The position numbers and the translations under genes were made by a program. Positions 38,290 through 47,375 of a stretch of 64,000 nt of DNA are shown here, piece after piece; position 1 is the stretch's first letter; every line of letters starts with the position of its first letter. Origin of the DNA: Solirubrobacteraceae bacterium (GTDB lineage Bacteria > Actinomycetota > Thermoleophilia > Solirubrobacterales > Solirubrobacteraceae); the NCBI GenBank assembly GCA_035474295.1, contig DATINL010000036.1, forward strand, positions 14,041 to 78,040, read 5' to 3'. The notes beneath the pieces are model-generated. The model had not been told where the DNA came from. It saw only the letters and a list, made by a program, of their open reading frames with translations, and searched no databases.

Positions 38290-40308
38290 ATGTACGCCGT
38301 AGTGAGAGCCAGCCGAGCGGTCGCGCGCGTCATCGCGTGCTTGTTGGTTGCCATGGCAGCGTCGATGCTCAACGGCGCCGGCCCTGCCTCCGCCGGCTCG
38401 ATCGGCTACGACGCGACGCACACGCAGACCATCGACGCCGGCCACAGCCTGAACGCCGTCTCCTGCGTGCCCGGCACGACCACCTGCGTCGCTGCCAATA
38501 GCCAAGGCAACGCCTTCTACGCGACGAACGTCAGCGCGAGCGCAGCGGCGACGTGGAGCTCGTGGAGCGGCCCGGGGGTGAGCCCGAGCTACGCGGTTGA
38601 GTGTCCGACGAGCACGCTCTGCCTGCTGGCCGCCGGCACCATCAACGGCGGCGGCAAGATGTACCACGCGACCTCGCTCGGGGGCGCTTTCCTGGCATCG
38701 TTCTCGCCGAGCTTCGGCGTGAACGCCGTCTCCTGCCCGTCCGCGTCGTTCTGCGCGAGCGCGCAGGGAGAGGGCAACATGCGCTTCTCCACCACTCCGT
38801 CCACCTCCTCCCCCTGGACGATCGTGGGTCTCGGAGGCGGGGATTTGGAGGACGTCTCCTGCCTGTCCTCGTCGTTCTGCGTGGAGGTCGACAACCGTGG
38901 CAACGTCCACGTCGCGACGGAGGAGATCACCGAGGACTACGTGTGGACCTCGACCAACGTCAACGGCACAACCGGGCTGCGCGGCGTGTCCTGCGTCACG
39001 ACGACATCGTGCTTCGCCGTCGACGGCGGCAGCGATGTCCTCATCCTCATGATCAGCCCCAGCGGCGGAGCGACGGCCACCAGGCAGGCCATCGACGGCG
39101 CGAACGGACTCGTCACGGTCGCCTGCACGGGCACGACCTGCGCAGCCGCGGACACCCACGGGGGAATCTTCGCCTCGACGAACGCCGGCGCTGACTGGAC
39201 CACGCGCTACAGCGGAGGCGCCGTGGTGACGAGCGTGTCCTGCGCATCGGCGTCGCTCTGTGCGGCGGTTACGACAGCCGGCGACATCACGACGTTCGAC
39301 CCTGCATCCACCGTGCCGCCGCTCGTGCTAACTAGCAGCCCGCTGCCGCCAGGCGCCGTGGACGATCCCTATGGGGCCCAGGTCGTTCAGGCCGCCGGCG
39401 GAACCCCGCCATACCAGTGGTCAGCGACCGGCCTGCCGCCGGGCCTCGTGGTCGACCAGGCAAGCGGGCGGATCTCCGGCACACCGATGACTGCGGTGTG
39501 CGTGCGCTCGCCCTGTCCTCAGCCGGCTGCCACCTACGCCCCGACCATCACAGTGGCGGACAGCCATGGCACTCTGGCCTCGTCACCGCTCACGCTCGCG
39601 CTGGCAGCCAGGATCTCCGCTTTGCAGGTCGCCATCACAGGAGCCGGCTTCGGAGAAGTCAGTTCCAGCCCGGCCGGGATCAACGCCTGCGGCATGCCGG
39701 GCGGCGCCTGCGAAGCCTCCTACGACGACGGCACCGTGGTGACGCTCACCGCGCATCCGGCCGCCGGCTCGGAGTTCGCCGGATGGTCGGGGGGTTGCTC
39801 AGGTGCGGGTGCGTGTCAGGTCACGATCGGAGCCGGTACGACGCCGCCCGCGCGTTTCGAGCACGCACCGCCGGCCGATTTGGGTCCGTCGACCGGGCCG
39901 GGTCCCTCGGTCGGTGCGGGCCCGTCCACCCATCCGCAACCGCCGGTCCGCGCGCACCTCCTGATCAAGCAGCTGCGCGCAGAGCCAGTCCGGACACGGT
40001 GCGCAGTTGGATCCGCGGCCGTCGCACGGTCGCACCGGCGGGTCTGCGCCAAGCTCGCAATCACGGTCGAGGGCACGATTGCCAAGGAAGCTCGCGGCAC
40101 CGTCAGCATCAAGATCGGCGCTCGCGCGCATGGGCGACCGAAGACCGTAACCGAGCGAGCGCGGATCCTCGACGGTCGCTGGCGCGTGCGGATCCTGCTC
40201 TCCGGCGCCGACCACCACCCCAAGGCAGCCATCTCCGTCAGCACCCGCTTCGCTGGGAGCGCCGGCGTTGGGGACGACCAGTCCATGCGTCGCGTCAGGG
40301 TCCGGTAG
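38290..40308 (+). CDS. Secreted protein: Cys-rich repeats, putative Ig domain, divergent InlB B-repeat
   Basis: Signal peptide; repeated (A)VSC.S...C..V units; AAGGTPPYQWSATGLPPGL...ISGTP; GTVVTLTAHP..GSEFAGWSGGCSG. Confidence 0.85.
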   Translation: MYAVVRASRAVARVIACLLVAMAASMLNGAGPASAGSIGYDATHTQTIDAGHSLNAVSCVPGTTTCVAANSQGNAFYATNVSASAAATWSSWSGPGVSPSYAVECPTSTLCLLAAGTINGGGKMYHATSLGGAFLASFSPSFGVNAVSCPSASFCASAQGEGNMRFSTTPSTSSPWTIVGLGGGDLEDVSCLSSSFCVEVDNRGNVHVATEEITEDYVWTSTNVNGTTGLRGVSCVTTTSCFAVDGGSDVLILMISPSGGATATRQAIDGANGLVTVACTGTTCAAADTHGGIFASTNAGADWTTRYSGGAVVTSVSCASASLCAAVTTAGDITTFDPASTVPPLVLTSSPLPPGAVDDPYGAQVVQAAGGTPPYQWSATGLPPGLVVDQASGRISGTPMTAVCVRSPCPQPAATYAPTITVADSHGTLASSPLTLALAARISALQVAITGAGFGEVSSSPAGINACGMPGGACEASYDDGTVVTLTAHPAAGSEFAGWSGGCSGAGACQVTIGAGTTPPARFEHAPPADLGPSTGPGPSVGAGPSTHPQPPVRAHLLIKQLRAEPVRTRCAVGSAAVARSHRRVCAKLAITVEGTIAKEARGTVSIKIGARAHGRPKTVTERARILDGRWRVRILLSGADHHPKAAISVSTRFAGSAGVGDDQSMRRVRVR

Positions 40309-41063
40309 TCGCGGGCGATGAGTCTCGTGGTTGGCTTGAGTCTGTATTCACACACCCGGTCCACCGCAAGCGAGGAGCGCATCATGACCACTTACACCTT
40401 CGACGTCTTCTCCAGTCTCGACGGCTTCGGCTCTGTCAACGGCGGCGACTGGGGCGGCTACTGGGGCAAGCAGGGCCCCGAGCTGCTCGAGCACCGCCTC
40501 GCCTCGTTCGACGCGAAGCAGCGGATGGTCTTCGGGGCCAACACGATCCGGCTGTTCGCAAACATGCTGGCCGACAGCACCGAGGAGTCCGACGTGCGCG
40601 ACCCGTGGGTCACTCGGATGTGGAACATGCCGGCCACGGTCGTGTCGAGCACGCTTCAAGGCCCGCTCGACTGGCCGGACGCGACCGTCGTCAGCGGCGA
40701 CGCCGTCGACGTCGTCGCCCGGCTCAAGGAGGAGTCCGACGTGCCGCTGCGCTCACACGGCAGCCTGTCGCTCAACCGCGCATTGATGGCCGCCGGCCTG
40801 GTCGACCGCGTCCAAGTAACGCTCTTTCCCGTAATCACCGGTCAAACCGGAGCGAGCCCGATCTTCCAGGGCGCCGCCGACTTCGACCTCGAGCTGATCG
40901 AGAGCCGGACGCTCGACGACCACATCCAGGAGCTCGTCTACCGGCCCACCTTGCACGTCTGAATCCCTGCCTGGGTTCTCGTTGCCCGGGCGCAGGATGT
41001 CGCCGCTGCGTCGCGTCAGGGTCCGGTAGTCGCGGGCGATGAGTCTCGCGGTCGGTTTGAGCC
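40286..41063 (+). repeat. 42-bp perfect direct repeats (plus about 15 bp imperfect) flanking the DHFR-like gene
   Basis: TGCGTCGCGTCAGGGTCCGGTAGTCGCGGGCGATGAGTCTCG at 40286-40327 and 41007-41048. Confidence 0.92.
40384..40962 (+). CDS. Dihydrofolate reductase / RibD C-terminal family protein
   Basis: FSSLDGFG, MVFGANT, VVSSTL, HGSLSL, VDRVQVTLFPVITG; GAGGAG RBS. Confidence 0.9.
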   Translation: MTTYTFDVFSSLDGFGSVNGGDWGGYWGKQGPELLEHRLASFDAKQRMVFGANTIRLFANMLADSTEESDVRDPWVTRMWNMPATVVSSTLQGPLDWPDATVVSGDAVDVVARLKEESDVPLRSHGSLSLNRALMAAGLVDRVQVTLFPVITGQTGASPIFQGAADFDLELIESRTLDDHIQELVYRPTLHV

Positions 41064-41100
41064 CGACGACTCGGCGTACCTTGGCGGTAGGCTGCTCGGC

Positions 41101-42873
41101 ATGAGCGCTTCCTCTGCTCGATCGGTGCTCGTCACCGTCGCGCTCGTCGCCACCGCGACGCTCATCGCGGCCGTCGCCACCGCGCACGCGGATCCAGCCT
41201 TCACGCCCGCGACGCCCATCGGGACGGGCGAGGCCAACGCCTACCACCCGACGGTGGCCGCTAACGCGCATGGCGACGCTGTCGCGGTCTGGAGCGAGGA
41301 CGCGGGGGGCGACACCGAGGTCGTTGCCAGCACCCGCGACGCGGACGGATCATTCTCTGCACCGAAGGTGCTTTCGATCCCCGGCGACTTCGCCTACACC
41401 CCGACGGCCGTCATCGACGCAGCGGGCGACGCGACAGTGGTCTGGGGCGAGGCGCTTGGCTCCGGAGGTGTCGACAGCGTCGAAGTCGCCGACCACCCTG
41501 CCGGTGGGTCGTGGGGCGACGCGCAGACCGTAGCTGCCGGCAACCCCGACGGACTCGCCGCCGACCCCGCCGGCGACGAGCTGCTCACGTGGACCGACGG
41601 CCCGCTCGTGGCGACCAACCTGCGCGTGCAGTACCGCCACCACGGCCAGCCGTTCGCGCTCGGAACGACACCGCCCGCGGTCGAAACCGGCACCTACGGC
41701 AGCGCGCTCCTCCCCGCACTCGACTCCACCGGCGCCGGTGTCATCGCGTGGACCCACGACACGGTCGTCAACCCCCCGAACATCGAGAGTCATATCGAGG
41801 TCGCGCGGGTCTCGAGGGAGGGCGCCGTCGGCGCGCCGCTGTCGCTCACTGCGAGCCATGCTTCGGCGTTCGCACCGGCACTGGCTCTCGCCGACTCGGG
41901 CTTGGCTACGGTCGTCTACGCCTACGGCGACACTTCCAGTGGACCGAGGGCCTTCCACGCCAAGACGCTCGCGCCCGACGGCACGGTCGGAGCCGACCAG
42001 GCACTGTCGAACGCCGGCGCTGGCATCGCCGAGCTTGCCGTTGACTCCAGTGGAGATGTCACAGCAGCGTGGACGCGCAACGTGTCGGGGGCGATGCTGC
42101 TCGAGCAGGCGACTGCGCTCACGACGCAAGCATTCTCCCAGCCGCCGACGGTGCTCGACACGGATGCTGCGAACAGCGGACCAGCGGTCGCTGTCGCGCC
42201 GAACGGGCAAACCCTGATCACCTGGGGCCACGATGGCTCTCACACCGCCGGCGACCCCCACGCCGGCACCGAGCGGGCCGTGTTCCGCGCGGCGGGTGCC
42301 ACCGCATTCGGTCTGCCGCAGACGCTCGGTATCGGCAATGACCAACCGTCGGCCGCACTCGCCTGCCAGGACGACGCCATCGACGTCTTCCGGACTATTC
42401 CCGCCCAGCAGCCCTACCCGATGTCAGCGGCGACGACGATCGACCCGGCCAACCACGGGCCCTCGCCGTGCGCCGCCCCGACGTCGACGACGCCACAGCC
42501 CACCGCCGCGACGCCGTCGGCCGGCTCGCCGCCGACGCCGGTCGCTACCTCCCACAATGCGCCGCCGCACTCGGCGGTGCTGTCGATCGGCAAGCTCGTC
42601 GTCTTGCCCTCGACGCTGCGCTGCGTGAGCGCTCGGCGCTTCAGTATCCGTCTGCGGGTGCCGAAGAGCTCCGCGGTTATCTCGGCCCGCGTGGTCGTCA
42701 ATGGGCACAGCGTCGGGGTACGCAAGGGCAGCCGCCTGCGCTCGACCGTCAACCTGCGTTCGCTGCCGAAGGGCCGTTTCAGCGTCAAGATCACGCTCAC
42801 GCTCACCGGCGGTGAGACCCTGACCGAAGGCCGTCGTTACCGCAACTGCACGCCGCGACGCGTCGGTCATTGA
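41101..42873 (+). CDS. Secreted repeat (beta-propeller-like) protein with Pro/Thr linker and C-terminal basic beta domain
   Basis: Signal peptide ending AHA; repeated VA.N..GDAV.VW units; TPQPTAATP linker; VNLRSLPKGRFSVKI tail. Confidence 0.8.
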   Translation: MSASSARSVLVTVALVATATLIAAVATAHADPAFTPATPIGTGEANAYHPTVAANAHGDAVAVWSEDAGGDTEVVASTRDADGSFSAPKVLSIPGDFAYTPTAVIDAAGDATVVWGEALGSGGVDSVEVADHPAGGSWGDAQTVAAGNPDGLAADPAGDELLTWTDGPLVATNLRVQYRHHGQPFALGTTPPAVETGTYGSALLPALDSTGAGVIAWTHDTVVNPPNIESHIEVARVSREGAVGAPLSLTASHASAFAPALALADSGLATVVYAYGDTSSGPRAFHAKTLAPDGTVGADQALSNAGAGIAELAVDSSGDVTAAWTRNVSGAMLLEQATALTTQAFSQPPTVLDTDAANSGPAVAVAPNGQTLITWGHDGSHTAGDPHAGTERAVFRAAGATAFGLPQTLGIGNDQPSAALACQDDAIDVFRTIPAQQPYPMSAATTIDPANHGPSPCAAPTSTTPQPTAATPSAGSPPTPVATSHNAPPHSAVLSIGKLVVLPSTLRCVSARRFSIRLRVPKSSAVISARVVVNGHSVGVRKGSRLRSTVNLRSLPKGRFSVKITLTLTGGETLTEGRRYRNCTPRRVGH

Positions 42874-42999
42874 CGACGCGCGTCAGACACGCTCACCCTT
42901 TGCCCCGTCTGGTTCGGTTGTGGCACCTTCCTTTGGGAGAGACCGGATTTGCATGCTGGTCGTATCTGACGCGTATCGAACAGCCAGGAGTGTCCGCTG

Positions 43000-43155
43000 A
43001 TGCAAGATGAGCGCGAGCGCATGAAGGTGGGAGACAGGAGAATCCTGCGATTTACTCAGCTTGTAATGGCTGTCGTGCCAGCAGTAGTTCTCGCGATAGC
43101 AATTGGGTCGGCGCTGGGTCTGCTGGCTTTCGTCGCTACGGGCGGAATTGTTTAG
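43000..43155 (+). CDS. Small membrane protein (51 aa, below the ORF-track cutoff)
   Basis: AGGAG RBS at 42986; MQDERERMKVGDRRILRFTQLVMAVVPAVVLAIAIGSALGLLAFVATGGIV. Confidence 0.5.
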   Translation: MQDERERMKVGDRRILRFTQLVMAVVPAVVLAIAIGSALGLLAFVATGGIV

Positions 43156-43219
43156 CTTCAAAATTGGTTTCTTTATGAGAGATTCGAAGACACGGTCGTC
43201 AAGATGAGGGATGATCAGG

Positions 43220-43456
43220 ATGGCTAAGTTGCTGGCTGTATTGGCCCTTGTGAGTACAGTTCTCGTGCTCCTTCGGGCGGCTCTTGGCGTAACCGCAGGG
43301 CAACAGGTACAGGTGCTGCCGTACGTATGTGTAGTCGTGGTGTGGCTCGGCGTAATCGTGGCCTGGGTTGCGATGAGGCGCGGGCGACAACGCGGGCGCG
43401 GGCGACAACGCGGGCGAGGGGGACAACGCAGTCGAGGTCTAAGAGCCTCGAGATGA
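43220..43456 (+). CDS. Small two-TM membrane protein with Arg/Gly-repeat tail
   Basis: Two hydrophobic segments then RGRQRG repeats encoded by an 18-bp tandem (43379-43414 plus a partial copy). Confidence 0.45.
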   Translation: MAKLLAVLALVSTVLVLLRAALGVTAGQQVQVLPYVCVVVVWLGVIVAWVAMRRGRQRGRGRQRGRGGQRSRGLRASR

Positions 43457-43542
43457 GGGCCCCCGCCCACGGATAACAAAGGAGCCTGTCCCCAGAGGTA
43501 CCGAGAGGTCGCTAATGGGAGTAGGTCGTTCCCCGCTGCTCA

Positions 43543-43570
43543 GATAGGCCCTGGTAAGCGGGGGCCTATC
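43543..43570. terminator. Hairpin GATAGGCCC-N10-GGGCCTATC, candidate terminator
   Basis: Perfect 9-bp inverted repeat between convergent genes; no clear U-tract. Confidence 0.4.
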
Positions 43571-43912
43571 GCTTCGCGATGGCTAGACGCTCGCCGGTAC
43601 CCGCGCCGACAGACGTATCCTCGGCGTATGTCTCTCGCATCCTCGTCGCCGGCCTCTGCAAGAAACCTGTCTTTGGTGTGCGACGGGTTCGAGCTCTCTA
43701 ACGAAGGAGCACATCGTCGGTTTGTGGGCGAACAAGGTTATCTCCTGGATGCCCGTGGGATTGGCACCGATGAGTGCGGGAGCCGTTGCGACTGGTCCCG
43801 TGACCATTACCGCGGTTGGCTCATTTACCACATCGGTCTGGATCGAAATCCAATACCAGCTCCTGCCTGCATGAGCCCACCACGGGCTAGGGCGAACTTG
43901 TCTGGCATATCG

Positions 43913-46369
43913 TCACCATAGCGACCAGTTGTCACGATTCAGCTGGCCTCGGATGTTTTCGACGACACCGTCGGCAGATCGCAGTGCGCCCTCGATGAAC
44001 CCCGTGTATTCGGAGACAGCTTCGCCGCAGATGTGCATGTTCTGCGTCGAGCGAGTCGCACGACCCATCAATCCGAACGCTTGAAGCCTGGGTATGACGT
44101 TGTAGGACTGCGCACCGACTGACCAGGCGTGACAGCCGGCACTGACCGGCGGTCGCGCCCAGTCGCGGATGCCCCACGTGCGGATCGTCTTCGCTGCTGC
44201 GTCTATCTGGCTGTCGTGGGACAGCTCTTTACCCTGGATGAACCCGGCTTCGTGAACAACTGATGTCGCTTCCTGGTCCGGATGGACAACGGAGACACAA
44301 ATCGTCGTCATTGTGCGCCCCAAGGAGCACTCTCGGCCGCCACAGAAGCATTCTGGGCAGAGTGGGGCGTCGAAGGCGGAGTTGACGAGAGTGCCCCAGA
44401 CCTGTGGCCGCAAGTCGTCGAGCAATGGCACAACCTTGGGATGACCGGGGTTGCGCAGCACGTCGAACACCTGCTCGAGCTCGCGGATGCCCACTGGTGC
44501 GCGCCCCGTCTCAAGACCCACACCCTTGCACCAAGTGCTGATCAGCTCGCGGTTCTCGGCGGCCCAGGTGTCTACGGTGGTCACAAATCTCGCCACGTGG
44601 TCTTCCCAGACACCGACGTGCGGCTCGAGCACCGGCGGCTCAATGCCAGCGGGGTTTGGCGGGTCAGCTGCGATCCAGTCGAGCAGCAGGTGCGTCAGGT
44701 CGATGTGAGCTTGGCGTCGTGCCTGGAGAAGTATCTGCTGAGCCAGGGCTCGCTTCAGGCTGCTATCCCGCGAGCCTACCTCGGCTTTGTCGTGTACGGG
44801 CAGCTCGACGAACGGACTCCAGAAGCGGCCCGCCGGCTGGTCGGTGTACAGTATCGCCAAGCCCTCGTTTCCCTCGCGATCAAAATGCAGCTCGCGGGCC
44901 GGTATTCCTGCGACACCGGTCTGGGCGGGAATATCTGTTCGCCACCATGGAGACCCCACCTGGATGATGCATTTCAGCAACGGGAACCCAAACATGCGGT
45001 GAAGATCCTCGTATATGGGCTCGGGGAAGTGGTCGGAGAGTCTCCGTAGGGGCTCGAGGGGTAGTGCGAGGACGCAGTGATCTGCGTCGACGCGATAGTC
45101 GCGGTCGTTTCGGCGATCTCTGACTGTCAGAAGTACGCTGTCGTCCGGACCGGGTTCCACGGCCAGGATCTCCTGCGCTGGACGCAGGAACACGTTTGGT
45201 CGCCCGACGAGTTCGTCGACCAGGCACTGAACGAGCGCATGGCTTCCCTGCGCGAGTGTCGTGAGATCACTACCCGACCTGTGGAACAGTCGCAACCAGA
45301 ATATTCCCCACTCGACGGCATTCGGGTTCTCGGGAAGCAGATGGTAGAACGTCCCGTCCTCCTGCATATATCGAATGGCGGCCGGGCTCAGCTCTTCGGC
45401 AACCGCGTTCCAGAACCCTTCATCGCGAAGAAAGTAACCACGGTGCTTCGCGTGACGACGCAACTCGTCGTACTTCTCAGACTCTCGCCACTCCCGTGGA
45501 CATGAACCGGCAACCCCTGGGCACAGGTGGTCTACCCACTCCTGAATAGCGCGGCGGCGCTTGAGTAGCTCCGGCTGATCTTTCAGCTCCCAGTCCGCGG
45601 GCGGCTCGCCCGCAGGATTACCATGTCGGGGTTTGCCTTGCGCGAGGCTCACGGATGAACCGTCTCCTGTCGAGCAGGCGGCTACGTGTGGTAAAGATGA
45701 AGCGTTCTCACCGTCAGCCTCATCCTGCGGGGACTCCGTGTCGCCAGGCGCACCACCCCCATCCTGTATGCGCAGCGTCGTATCAAGACACAGATCGAGA
45801 AGAATCGAGTCCTTCTGCTGCGCTCTGGTCCATCCCCAACTATCCAGATGACCCTCAGCCCTCAGATATTCAAAGAGCGGCTCGCGGAAAAGTCGAAGAA
45901 TCGCCAGCCGCAGCAGATCCAATGGCTCAGTGGCGGACGAGCGCCCGCTGGTGTCCGCGTAGTGGATCATCTCATCGCTACGCAGCGTGTAGCGATCGTA
46001 AGCGGATCGTGCGGCGGTGTCATCGCTGCGCGTGGACGTGAACGGTTTCTTATCCAAACCGAATTTTCCCACCAGCTGCTTCAGGAAGGGCTGGGTTTCG
46101 AGCTCAAATCGCATCGGCCCGAACTCCGCGTGAAACGGGCTCATCTCCACGGTTTCGATTCGCCCACCAAACCTCGGGGCAGCCTCGAACACAGTCACCA
46201 TCACGCTGGAATCCCCAGTTCTTGACTCCTCGCTAAGTTTCAGCGCGCAGAACAACCCGGCGATGCCACCGCCAACGATGGCGATGCTCTTCTGCGCCTG
46301 TGCGGCCCCGCTCATGTCCGTCGCTGGGGACTGGCGGTGGAGCTTGGCAGGATTGTCCGCGTCAGGCAT
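43913..46369 (-). CDS. Flavin-dependent amine / L-amino-acid oxidase family protein with large insertions
   Basis: IVGGGIAG, FEAAPRFGGRI, AEFGPMRF, CVLALP, C-terminal HICGEA...GFIEGAL; GGAGGAG RBS before ATG 46369. Confidence 0.85.
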   Translation of the reverse strand: MPDADNPAKLHRQSPATDMSGAAQAQKSIAIVGGGIAGLFCALKLSEESRTGDSSVMVTVFEAAPRFGGRIETVEMSPFHAEFGPMRFELETQPFLKQLVGKFGLDKKPFTSTRSDDTAARSAYDRYTLRSDEMIHYADTSGRSSATEPLDLLRLAILRLFREPLFEYLRAEGHLDSWGWTRAQQKDSILLDLCLDTTLRIQDGGGAPGDTESPQDEADGENASSLPHVAACSTGDGSSVSLAQGKPRHGNPAGEPPADWELKDQPELLKRRRAIQEWVDHLCPGVAGSCPREWRESEKYDELRRHAKHRGYFLRDEGFWNAVAEELSPAAIRYMQEDGTFYHLLPENPNAVEWGIFWLRLFHRSGSDLTTLAQGSHALVQCLVDELVGRPNVFLRPAQEILAVEPGPDDSVLLTVRDRRNDRDYRVDADHCVLALPLEPLRRLSDHFPEPIYEDLHRMFGFPLLKCIIQVGSPWWRTDIPAQTGVAGIPARELHFDREGNEGLAILYTDQPAGRFWSPFVELPVHDKAEVGSRDSSLKRALAQQILLQARRQAHIDLTHLLLDWIAADPPNPAGIEPPVLEPHVGVWEDHVARFVTTVDTWAAENRELISTWCKGVGLETGRAPVGIRELEQVFDVLRNPGHPKVVPLLDDLRPQVWGTLVNSAFDAPLCPECFCGGRECSLGRTMTTICVSVVHPDQEATSVVHEAGFIQGKELSHDSQIDAAAKTIRTWGIRDWARPPVSAGCHAWSVGAQSYNVIPRLQAFGLMGRATRSTQNMHICGEAVSEYTGFIEGALRSADGVVENIRGQLNRDNWSLW

Positions 46370-46664
46370 GGCGCTCCTCCGGTCGCACGCTCCCTCAACG
46401 CTGAAGCAATCAACCCGAGCGCAGCGGATGGTACCCGAGCGCCGCGGATGGCGCCGGCTCTCGGGAGCGCAATCGAGTCCGTGTAAGCGCCAGCGCTTAC
46501 CAGCGCCGCAACCCCGGGGCCACAACACAGCCTCGAGGTTCGATGCCGCCAGCGCGAGCTATTGTCAGAGCGTGGCTCCGTCACGTTCACCTGAAGGCTG
46601 ACTCGTCCCAGCACCTCCGCAGGCTCTTGAGGGCACAGACAGCTTCGTAGGGGCGGATGCGACG

Positions 46665-47171
46665 GTGCTGGATTATTGGAGATGGGCGTTTTCGGACCTT
46701 CGGGACAACACGCAGCGCGGTGTGCTGGCGGAGTTTCTCGTGGCGTTAGCGCTCGGGCGCATCAAAACCCGCAGGAGCGGCTGGGACAATTACGATGTCG
46801 CAACGGGCTCGGGTGTGCGAGTCGAGGTCAAGGCGAGTGGCTACCTGCAATCGTGGGCGCAGGCTGCGCATTCGCGGCTCAGCTTTACGCGGGTCATCGG
46901 GCGCACATGGGATGCGAACACAAACGAATTCGGCGCTGAGCCTGAAATCCGGGCGGACGTGTTTGTGTTTTCGGTGCACACCTGCAAGGACCCTCAGCGC
47001 TACGACGCACTCGACGTCTCCCAGTGGGAGTTCTACGTCGTGCCAGCCCAGCCAGTGAGCGAATGTGGCTACAAGAGCGTGAGTATTGCCTGGGTGCGTG
47101 GGCACGCGGAGCCCGTGCCTTTCAGCGAGCTGGCAACGACCATCGAGCGTGTTGGAGGCGGCAGCTGCTGA
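46665..47171 (+). CDS. Restriction-endonuclease-like (PD-(D/E)xK) hypothetical protein
   Basis: DYWRWAFSDL, RGVLAEFLVA, YDVATGSGVRVEVKASGY, ADVFVF, WEFYV; frame open back to 46602 so the start is uncertain. Confidence 0.7.
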   Translation: MLDYWRWAFSDLRDNTQRGVLAEFLVALALGRIKTRRSGWDNYDVATGSGVRVEVKASGYLQSWAQAAHSRLSFTRVIGRTWDANTNEFGAEPEIRADVFVFSVHTCKDPQRYDALDVSQWEFYVVPAQPVSECGYKSVSIAWVRGHAEPVPFSELATTIERVGGGSC

Positions 47172-47220
47172 GTCGTGAGTGAGCGCTGGAGGCGGCAGCT
47201 GCTGAGTCGTCAGTCAGCGC
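47153..47220. repeat. 34-bp tandem duplication containing the upstream stop codon
   Basis: TGGAGGCGGCAGCTGCTGAGTCGT[G/C]AGT[G/C]AGCGC x2, 2 mismatches. Confidence 0.85.
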
Positions 47221-47284
47221 TGTTGGCGGGAAGCACGCGCTGCGTTTACGACGTGCACGCGTATGTGCACACGGATGCGTACAA

Positions 47285-47355
47285 GTGCGCACACGGGAGA
47301 TCGGGTGCGCCTCGGGTGCGCACACAGGAGATCGGGTGCGCACACAGGAGATCGG
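47285..47355. repeat. 20-bp tandem repeat GTGCGCACAC[A/G]GGAGATCGG x3 plus one truncated unit
   Basis: Units at 47285, 47316, 47336; truncated unit at 47305. Confidence 0.85.
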
Positions 47356-47375
47356 CAGTACGTTGAACAGCGGCT

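Noticed and set aside
44282-45049. 255-aa plus-strand ORF inside the amine oxidase
   Set aside because: Antisense overlap with a motif-supported gene; no RBS or recognisable domain
47285-47355. 20-bp repeats as a mini CRISPR array
   Set aside because: Units are directly adjacent with no unique spacers, and no cas genes are present
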